NCBI RefSeq assembly: GCF_006345805.1
Contig: NC_043012.1
Span: 10,416,001 to 10,480,000 of the forward strand
DNA from: Octopus sinensis
Lineage: Eukaryota
Direction of reading: 5' to 3'
DNA length: 64,000 bases
The position numbers and the translations under genes were made by a program. Each line of letters opens with the position of its first letter. The stretch's first letter is position 1. The notes beneath the pieces were generated by a model that made no database searches, had not been told where the DNA came from, and saw only the letters and a list, made by a program, of their open reading frames with translations. This document shows, piece by piece, positions 53,143 through 64,000 of this stretch.

Positions 53143-53609
53143 ATTTTCCCAACATGATTGCGCTTCCTGTTAATAAGATATACAAGTATATGTATGTACG
53201 TATGCATGCGTGTACTTATGGATAGATGTACGTATGTGAGTACCTATGTGTGTATGCATTCATGTATATCCGCATGTATAATTTTTCTTTGAGTTTAATT
53301 TAAGCTTTCTTGAGAGAATTCAAACCGGTTGCTAATAAAGCAATACGACAGTTGAATTACGATAGTTTCCGGTATTTGGAAATATGAGGCTGGGTTATTG
53401 TGTTGGTTGAACTGTCGAAGCATACCCACAAGTCCATCTATTCACATAAGAATCTCACATGGAAATTTTCTGGAATGTCTCACAAATCGGTACTGTGTCA
53501 CTAATACATGGGATCTGGAGAAACGGCGTCAGGTTCTTTTGCTTTTTTTCCGTGGAACCGGGTATGTATGTATGTATGTATGTATGTATGTATGTATGTA
53601 TGGACGTAA

Positions 53610-53640
<31 letters not shown>

Positions 53641-54619
53641 TGTATGTATAAAACCTGATTATATTTGTCAGAATCTTCTCATTAAAACCATCCCAAGCTT
53701 ATATGTTAACTCCCCTGTAAATGAAAATTTACCTTGATACTGTGTAGTTTATCTTCATACATGTGTATTCAGAGAAAGGTTTGTAAAACATTATACCAGT
53801 TGTCTCACAGTCTGCTGGGATTATCATCACGTTACTCTCTTGAACGTCCAAATCTTAATCCAGTTAGTTAGGATCATCACTTGGAAGTGCATGAAGCAGA
53901 CATCTGACTGATTAAACGCATCGCCTATTGCTTATAAATCTCCCACGTATCTCCCGTTTGAGTCACCACCTGCCAATTACAAATACAAACTAATGGAGAT
54001 TAATGTTATTATTTCTTTCGTTTGTACACACATAAACCAAATGTCTTTATCCGTTTATATCTATTTGTAGAGAATTCATCTATAAACGTCAAAAACTATA
54101 CCCACAGTAATGAAAAATTTAATTAACGCTGCGAATCTACAATGCATTATTATAAATGCATTAAATTCTGATGGTACAAATTTGCATGTATCTAGATAAT
54201 CGGCTAAAATGATTTTTAAAGGCAACATATTTAGAATGAAGAGCAGAAAACGATAAACTTAATGATTTAATTGTGTTCAAGGCATCTACATGATAGCTCT
54301 TGGAAATTGTATTTTCTATAACCTCTGCTTAGCCACTACCTTTTAAAATTAAACTGAGTAGAGAGAAACTATAATGAAGGCTGTTGGGTGGATTGTAAAA
54401 GCACAAAAAAGACCATGAAACTGCAAAAATATCTTACCATAGGCAATATATACATTTATACGAGTATACATACATATATGTGTGTGTCTGTGTTTGTGTA
54501 TGTGTGTTGTTGTATTTCGAAATAGTCACATTTGCCCAATTGAACACGCACAAGTTTAACAACTACAGCAATATCTGTTTCAACACAGGATTTCACACGT
54601 AGAATCTGGAAAAACAAGT

Positions 54620-55065
54620 ACATGCACACACACACACACGCACACCACACACACACAACACCACCACACACACACAACACACACCACACACCACACCACA
54701 CACACACCACACACACGCACACGCACACACGCGCACACACACGCACACAACACACACACGCACACGCACACACACGCACACGCACACACACACACCACAC
54801 ACACCACACACACACACACGCACACACACGCAACACACACACACACGCACACACACCACACACAAACACACACGCACACACACACCACACACACACACCA
54901 CACACGCACACCACACACACACACACACACCACACACGCACACACGCACACACACCACACACACACACCACGCACACACACACACACACACACAAACACA
55001 CACACCACACACACAAACACACACACACACACATATATACATACACACATACACACACATAATAT
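54620..55065. repeat. Long degenerate (CA)n/(CAC)/(CACG) microsatellite
   Basis: Read directly; gives the spurious CVCV/HTHT ORFs. Confidence 0.95.
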
Positions 55066-55167
55066 ACATGTAGGTATAGCCCTTCAACTTGTGACTAGTT
55101 TGATAATTGCAAACGCACGAAACTCATTCGACTTGAGTCACTCTGTTACTTTTGATTTTTGTATATA

Positions 55168-55237
<70 letters not shown>

Positions 55238-58044
55238 TTCTATCTGATGATCTATAACATGAAACTCAGTGTAACATTGTATGAAATCCTTGAGCTTTAA
55301 CAACTTATTAAAAATGCGTGTATTTCCGGGTGAGTGTTTGCGAGCGCGCGCGAGTGTCATATAACACTATTATATATAATATATAATAAACTTATGATAG
55401 ATATAAAAACCAAAAGTCTCATGTACACGGACAGGAGTAAGATACCTGATAGCCACTGGAGATAAGCTTTAGGTATAAACAATGTCAATATTATATTGAC
55501 GGTTATGTGTCTCATATACAATTCAGCTACAAGCTCTTGACGTTTACTAAAGTATATAAATAATTTTTGTCAGTTTCGAGGTGAAAAGAAATCGTAAATT
55601 GAAGAATATTTTTGTTCATAAAATGATGCCAACCTCATTTCCGAAAGCCGTGGTGAACATGAATTTTTTTTTAAATCACCGACAAAATGGAGAAAATGTC
55701 ACTAATCCGAAACCCCGGCCTGCAATACTAATAATTCTATAAATACTAAAGTAATGTAACAAAGTTCTTGTAACATGGCTAAGAATTTTGCCTTCCATTT
55801 TATTGCCTCAATGCATTCCGATTTTGCTTGGAGACTTCATTACACCGCCAAGTTTACAAACTCAGAGCCATGAATTGCATAATCTGTTTATTCAGGTTGT
55901 AAATTTTTTCTCCGATTGTCTTTTGTTGTTATTTTTTTGGTTTTTTTTTCTTTTGCTCTAGGATATTTATTGCCTTCTTCACGTTAGTACTAAAGAGATG
56001 TAATATTAAATGGCCTTGTTCTTGTTTACCGTTGTAATTCTGTGTTGCTGGCAGCTCGAAACACTTTCCATTGATTCTTGTTCTTAGAGAACACTCTAGC
56101 TTATCTCTAGCAGTGTTTCTCATAGTTTTAGTGCTGTGAGGGCTATTCCACAAGAAGAATTATCCTGAGGCATATTCTATATTAAATTCGCTGCATTAAG
56201 GAGTTGAGGGTAGCAAAATAATTGCTCTAAAATTATATGGAAAAGGATGATTTTCATAGGCTAGAGTATTTCTGATCCACAAGATCCATGTTCGTCACTC
56301 GGATTGAAGAATAAAAGAAAAACATTGAAAGACTCCACGTTTCATTTTATACCTAAGTATTTGCATAAATCTCAGTTGTGATTATATCCTTTCTCTTATA
56401 TTTGTAACAATTGTTTCTGATACAAACACAAGGCCAGATGATGGCGAGATTTAGTTGATGAAATCAACCACACTCCTTGATATAGGTTATCGATCCTTAG
56501 AGGATAAAAGTTAGTCACGGTAGGATTCGATCTCAAAATGCATACAGCAGACAGCAGGAAGAAATTTACATCAGAAATAATTATTTCTAATTTAGGCACA
56601 AGGCCAGCAATCTCGAAGTGAATTGTGTAGTCAAAGCTACGGAACCCAGAATTTGATTGGTGTATTTTTTAAAATATCAGTGAGGATTACATGCAAATTT
56701 AACTTAGTAAGGATTGAACTCAGAAGTAAAAAGCCGAATTTAATCGACAAGGTTATTATTTCCGGCGTCCTAACGAGACTCCCAATCATTCCGTCTTCGC
56801 AAAATTAAAAGATAATTAGAAAATATACTAATGAAAAAACACCTATTCCTCGAAAAGTCTTACATTTCGTGTCGATCTGGTGCAGGAACTGAAACTCCAT
56901 CTGCTAAGCTCTCTTTAAGTCAATATAACGGATTATCTAGAGGCGCACTAAACAGCTTTTATTGAAATATACGTGTCTACATTTATATTTAGCATATCCT
57001 TAACATTGGAAAGACTTTCGCTGTTTGTAATTGATGAAACGTTACGACACAAGAATCCTGCGCTCCGGCGACGTCACACAAGATCCAAAAATACGTTTTA
57101 CATTAATTAGAATTTCTCTCTGGAGACAACTTGCGTAGCGTGGCCTTTTCAGTGGTTGAATATGCTTTAACGTGCAAAGTAAAAATTGTGCATAAAGTAT
57201 AACAAATTTCTTGGTAACTATTGTAAGAATTTTAAGTTCTCCGCATCAAGACGAAAGCACGTTTAAACGCTGATGCTTTAACTTGGTTCATAAATCTTTT
57301 CACTCGCATGAATTTTTCATATACCAGCAGAAATCACGTTTGTTTTTATCCCATGAGACCTAACTAAAGTTGAAAGAAGATAATTAAAATAATTAACGAA
57401 TATAATTAGCAGAAATAAAACACAAGAGAATTTAGTCTCCTGGTTTTGACAGTGAATGATAAGAATAAAATAAATTTACAAATATCAAATGAAAGATTCC
57501 GTTTGTTGAAAGAGCAGAAGAGATGAGAAGGAAACTAATCGGGGATGGAGTACAGCCTTTACAAAATTGATGAAGGCATGCTTATCTACTAGATATTATG
57601 ATTTCTAACATAAGTAAAATGTTATACGCTATCGATGAGTGATCAATGATTCCGTCCTACGAAAATAAAAGATAAAATTAATCAAACTGGTTTTAAGGGT
57701 GTAAATTTACGCATACTTCGTCTTTACAAAAGAATTCAGATGGCTCGTTTCACAGACAGGTGTAATGCAGTTAAACAGCAGCAATTAACGTGTAAGACTG
57801 GTGAAGATTTTGAAACAAACGGACATTGTAGTGGACAGTTAATCTGTAACAGAGCTTTAGAGTATATTAAAACCGATGATTAAACAGTTATAGGAGTAAT
57901 GCACTTGGATTATAAGATGCTATGATAACATTAGATACGTGTGTACATGCGTTTATCATATAAATATGCATATACATATTTTAATATGCATATATATATG
58001 TATATATTTACAAGCACACATTCAGAGATACACATATAGGTATC

Positions 58045-58096
<52 letters not shown>

Positions 58097-58123
58097 TATT
58101 ATTATTATTATTATTATTATTAT

Positions 58124-58625
58124 AAATGCCCTGATGCAATACCAGGCGGTGGCACTTATGGCCTCTGATCTTAAATGACTGGAGGCGTTATCATGTACAT
58201 TGTTTTGTCTTGGTCTAAAAGATGGGCTACAGCAAATATTCTGCTCAATACCACAGATTTTCTTGTCAGTTACTTGACCTTAAGCAGTTGAACATGTCTC
58301 TTATTGGCTGATGATATGTGCATCTCTGATCACGAGCAGAAGTAGTGAGGCTGGAACACAGCCATACTTTGAGAGGAAATCTCTGGCGGGTTGAATAATT
58401 CATCACTGGAAACATGGGTATTTTATACATCATTCTTAATCAAACCTTATACCTGAACATTTTTAGCAGGATGCGCTACTCGACCTGAAAGAAATTCTAA
58501 CTGGGCCCCCACCTGCAAGGTCATGTACTGTATATCTTGGTATGGCATCACCATATCGTGCACACATGGGCTTTGTATATTTGTATCTCAGTGTCATTTT
58601 GATGGTATATATCGCTATCTTACTC

Positions 58626-58626
<1 letters not shown>
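58124..58626 (+). mobile_element. Diverged full-length copy of the TAA-bounded element
   Basis: Starts AAATGCCCTGATGCAATACCAGG, the same 5' end as 47835; ends TACTC then (AAT)n(GAT)n; left flank (TAA)n(TTA)n. Confidence 0.85.
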
Positions 58627-58688
<62 letters not shown>

Positions 58689-58734
58689 TGATGATGATAA
58701 TAATAATAAAAATAATAGTAATGGTTTCAAATTT

Positions 58735-58862
58735 TGCTAAAAGGGCAACAACTTTGGGACAGGTGATGAGTTGATCACATGGACCCCAGTCGTCAACTAG
58801 CACTTAATTTACCCACCCTGAAAGGATGAAAGGTATAGATGAGGTCAACTAATTTGAACACA
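58735..58862 (-). mobile_element. SINE B (type-2) fragment, diverged
   Basis: GACCCCAGT...AATTTACCCACCCTGAAAGGATGAAAGG. Confidence 0.6.
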
Positions 58863-58967
58863 GAATATATGAATATACATGAATATACATGTATATGTAT
58901 GAATGCATATATATATATACATGAATGTATATATATATATATATATGTATCTCTCTCTCTCTCTCTC

Positions 58968-59028
<61 letters not shown>

Positions 59029-59063
59029 GTATACGTATACAGATAGATAGATAGACAGACAAC

Positions 59064-59188
<125 letters not shown>

Positions 59189-59654
59189 TTGCGTGCATTG
59201 AGTAGGAATTAAACGTGGCTCGACCGTGCCAAAACACCTAACTTTTAAGACCTACTTTTGTAAATTTCACATAACTATATTCATTGTTAGAATAATACAA
59301 TAGCAGTTTAGAAATATGGATAAGCATTAGTGACATTTATGGCTAGCAGAATAGAAACGCTATTTTACAATGCCATCCATAGGTACATTTACACAACCGT
59401 CATTATTACGAATTTACAGTAGAGCTAAACAATAATAGAAGTGTACAGATGAGGAATTCAATAAAGCTTACTAATACAGAAATACTAAAAGATCTGCATT
59501 TCACATGTGCACATTCGGCAATATGAACGGCAGAGTTGAATAGTTTATATGAACTTAAGTAAAGTTATACTAACACTTCAGTGAAATCAATATGAGCTTT
59601 TCATAAAGCTATTGGCTGATGTTCGTGTGAGTGTAAATATATATATATATATAT

Positions 59655-60250
59655 ATAATTAATTAATAAGGGTGAGAGAATTAGATACTAATTTAATAGT
59701 ATATCTATTCAACACCAAGTGGCCTAGTGCTCAGAGAAACCTGGATTATTATAATATTTTATAATATATTATAATATTTTTACAAAATAAATATAAGAGA
59801 GTGGTCACTATATGGCTCACTCTAGCACCAGTTAATCCAAAAGGTTTCAACCACAAAAATACATGTTTCCCATGAAAGTCAGTACGATTGTTAGCTCACA
59901 CGGACAGGGCAAATAAAAAATAACAAAAATACAGATTATTTTGGGACAATTATTTCGCTATTAATGAATTAAATGTAATTTTACTTACAAAAAAATCCAC
60001 TTGTAGCTCGTCAGCCAAAACTATCTGGATGAATCCACTCAATCACACGCCAGATTTTACCATAACGATAAATACGCGTGTGGTTCATTGATTACATCCG
60101 ACGTTATAATTCAAATGCCCCAACTAACAGCGCGCCAAACTTTCACGGAAAACAAATACAGCATTTAGAAATAAATGCAGCATAATTATAATTAATTAAT
60201 AAGGGTGAGAGAATTAGATACTAATACCACACGCGTATTTATCGTTATGG
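59655..60250 (-). repeat. PLE-like terminal structure: 37-bp direct repeat plus 25-bp perfect inverted repeat
   Basis: TAATTAATTAATAAGGGTGAGAGAATTAGATACTAAT at ~59657 and ~60190; CCATAACGATAAATACGCGTGTGGT (60060-84) inverted at 60226-50. Confidence 0.5.
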
Positions 60251-60448
60251 CAGACGAAGGTACATACATATATATGCATATTTATCTACACACACATACA
60301 TATATATAAGTATATAAGCACAATGATGTATATAGGAGAAAGCCATATGTATTTATATCCTGTTTTCTCACACGTTTCACATATCTCCACCCCACCCCCC
60401 AACATAACACTCACATATACATATACATATACATATATACGAATATCG

Positions 60449-60483
<35 letters not shown>

Positions 60484-60528
60484 TCTGTGTCTGCGTGTGT
60501 GTGTATGTAAAGATGCATATGAAAATGC

Positions 60529-60575
<47 letters not shown>

Positions 60576-61849
60576 CAACTGTACAACGTTGTAGAGATCT
60601 ATAAATATGCATCAATAGATGCATGATGCTGTGACGATGCTCACTTACACACACACATATCCAGTAACACATACAGACATATATCAACACATTCACTAGC
60701 ACACGTGTATATATAAATAATATAGAGACATGTCTGTTCTCTATATTCTTATATCAAATAAATAGTGTTGTTTTTGCGCTAGATCACAGAATATAATAGA
60801 AGTTTGAAACAAGAAAAATAAAGTCACCGCACACCAGACTTCAAATATACAATTTGATTATATATAGTGGTTGGCGACAATATACACATACAAATATACC
60901 AGTTTCTTTAAGTATTTTTTCCCTTGTACACCATCGTGTCTCTGCAATAATTTGTTTTTGTATGCTTTCATATTTTGGCTTGTTTCCGTCATGGTCTGCG
61001 CTTATACTAGAGCATTCTGTGAAAGAATTTGGCCAAGGAAACACATTTCTATTAATGTCTGATACTTTCTGTATCGACATCTTTTGCCGAACTGCTCTCA
61101 GTAGCCAAGTGGTAGGAGAAGAAATACAAGCATAACGACGTATAATCCACATACACGTGCGCACACACATACACCTACACACTCGCACACAAATACCTAC
61201 ATGCATGTATGTCTATGCATGTATATGTACGTGTAAGGAGAATAAAAAAAGCAACGTATAAAGAATAACGTTTTACAAGTATGGTATTAATTTACTTCTT
61301 CAATGGGCTAAGACAATGTTTTAACTTTTCGTACTGTGGACATTCATCAGAAGGTAAAACTAAGTAAAAGCTATAAGAATGGGAGAGAGAAACAACTAGA
61401 GTGAAAAAAGAGAGTGATAAACAGAGGAAGATCAAAATATAAGGACACTGGAGAATGATGAGGAGTTAGAAACCCGGGTAGAAACATGTCCTAGGCTGGG
61501 AAGGTAGAAAGGGTAGAATTGGCAGTTGTGTAGATGCATGTATCAGGGAGTACGATGAAAAAGTGTTCACGTGTGTGTTAATTTGCTACATGTGTATAAG
61601 TGAGTACAAGTGAGGAATTATATTTGTGTTGGTTAATGAAGGTGGGAGACGTGGGTATATAAGTGTGTGAATATGTGAAATCGTCTACTATCGTGGAGAG
61701 ATAAAGGTGTTATATACACACATGACTCCAAGTACAAGATGGAAGGTAGTGTACCTCTATACAGTTTGTTACTACAATATTCCCTTACAAAGCTTTTGCT
61801 TGCCAGCAGGGCCAATCCCGGAATTATATGGTTACCAAGCAGGTGCCAG

Positions 61850-62150
61850 AAGGCACATGGTTTAGTGGTTAGGTTGTTATGTCATGATCGTAAAGCCATG
61901 ATTTCTAATTCCGGCGGCGCGTTGTGTCTTTGAGTAGTGTACTTTATTTCACGCTGCGCTGCACCAGTCCATTCATCTAGTACAAATGAATGGTACCTGT
62001 ATTCCAAACAGCCAGCCTTGCCACACACACATTATCACGCTGAATCTCTTAGAGAATTACGTTAATGGTACACGTGTCTGTGGTGTGCTCAGCCACTTGC
62101 ATGGTATTTTCAGGAGCAGTTTATTCCATTGATCGGATCAATCGATGCAG
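61850..62150 (+). mobile_element. Diverged SINE with a family D head and family C-type tail
   Basis: AGGCACATGGTTTAGTGGTTAGG...TACTTTATTTCACG then CAGCCTTGCCACAC...TTAATGGTACACGTGTCTGTGG, as in the 49417 tail. Confidence 0.65.
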
Positions 62151-63370
62151 TGCTAGAATAACTACAAACTGAATACTTATATATCTAAAAATATAAGAAT
62201 TTAAACCATGAAAATGGCATTAATTTGTATAGATATGCTAGTGGGCTTGTAACTGTAGATTGTGTAAGCTTGTAGGGTTGTGTGATATCCAGAATCAATA
62301 AGTCACAGCAGGTGATTAAACTGGGGTTAATCCTCGCTTTCTGTACGTGATAATAAGGGTATTAATTACATATTGGAATCAATGTTTCACAACTTGTTGA
62401 CGTCAAATAAGTCGAATATATTGTCGTTCACAGCAACCACAATAATATATAATAATGACACTCTGGTTCTTTGTTGGGTAAGACTTAAAAGACTCGGCTA
62501 GCTTTTCACCTGAGAAAATCTTAAGATATTTTGAGAAACATTTGATCATCTACTGGTTTAGAGAATGTTTTACAATATTAGACACATAGAGAATCATCTC
62601 AAAATGAAAGAAAGGAAAGGCACGCACACACACACACACCACACACACACACACACACACACTCACTAGAAAGAAATATATTGAGTTCGGTGTAGCCTGT
62701 GTAAATCGTATTGTAACTCGACATTAATGTTTACAAAACGCAAAGAACTCGTGTAATTTATATTGAATAAAGGCAGCATAGAAATAAAGCTGTAGAAGCC
62801 AAAACTAATAAATATGTAATAAATAGAAAAAAAAGGTAAGGTAGAAGAAAAGAGAAACAGAAAAATAAGGAAAAGAAAGAAAAAAAATTGTACCTTTTTA
62901 CATAATCTATGGCTCCCATGCTACGGTATATACAACCGCTATGTACGCGCATTCACGCAATTTCACAGAAACTTGTGTACACGCCAACATTCATGTACGC
63001 GCTTGCGCGTATACACTCAAACACGCACACACTCATACACACGCACACACATACATACACACACATACATACACACACATACATACACACACAAACACAC
63101 ATATATACATATCTTTTAGTCTTTAATACTAAGAGTGATTCGACTACGGCCATATTGGAGCAAGGTTTTAGTCGAACGGATCGATTCCAGTAAGCTTGAT
63201 ACTTATTTTACACGGGGACGTAAATATACAAACACCGGTGGCCAAACAGTGATGGTGGACCAAAACACAAACATAAATGAGCACACGTCCATATGTACAT
63301 ATATACGAACAACTTCTTTCGGTTTCTGTATTCCAAATCTACTCACAATGCTTATATACATACATACACA

Positions 63371-63401
<31 letters not shown>

Positions 63402-63438
63402 CACCACACACATATATATATATATATATATACCTTTT

Positions 63439-63751
63439 GTGGAGGCGCAATGGTCCGGCGGTTAGGGCAGCGGATTCGTGGTCGTAGGATCGCAGTTTCG
63501 ATTCCCAGACCGGGTGTTGTGAGTGTATATTGAGCGAAAACACCTAAAGGTCCACGAATTTCCGACAGGAGATGGTGGCGATCCCTGCTGTACTATTTCG
63601 CCACTACTTTCTCACACTCTTTCTTCTGTTGGCCAGCTCGCTTAGTCAGCGGGGTGGCGTCATTTGAAGGCTAAAACAATGCGAAACGCATTGTGACCAG
63701 CGGTGTGTAGCAACATCTGAGAGCCTGGTCGGTCACGGTGATCACGGTGAT
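63439..63751 (+). mobile_element. SINE C, full length
   Basis: Homologous end to end with 41076-41381. Confidence 0.9.
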
Positions 63752-64000
63752 ATATCTGTCTTTTATGCTTCACTAGTTCCTGACATTGGGCTGTGGCCAA
63801 CCTGGGTCACCATCTTGAAGTATTTAGTGGAACTAATCGTCTCCAGTTCAAATTTTTGGAGTCTGGTATTCACTCTATCGGTCTCTTTTGTCAAACCGCT
63901 ATTCTACAGGAATTTAAACAGATCGATACAGCTTATCAAGTCGTGTCAGGTGCACAAGCAAGATACTCGGAAAAACTCGAAAATATATACATACACACAC

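Noticed and set aside
55235-55275. CTGATGA...GAAA pair
   Set aside because: No stem II or stem III complementarity.

Overview
AT-rich, microsatellite-saturated animal DNA with no protein-coding gene I can support. Almost every ORF in the track is a translation of (TA)n, (CA)n, (GATA)n or (TAA)n repeats or a transposon remnant. The repeat repertoire resembles octopus genomes (inference; no search was run). Contents: four recurring tRNA-headed SINE families, labelled A-D here; LINE remnants (CR1-group, RTE-like, a young GC-rich L1/Tx1-type copy, R4/Dong-like); Penelope-like (PLE) remnants; an internally deleted mariner; a complete non-autonomous Helitron; and several MITE/foldback structures. 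The best find is an intact, canonical type I hammerhead ribozyme (52586-52649) inside a 490-bp unit bounded by ~95-bp direct repeats, which is the layout of a retrozyme or non-autonomous PLE. Degenerate hammerhead-like motifs recur elsewhere. Other leads are a Tx1-type LINE embedded in (GATA)n, a ~555-bp TAA-bounded SINE-like family with a fixed 5' end, and several long inverted repeats. SINE and LINE boundaries are approximate unless a TSD or terminus is quoted.
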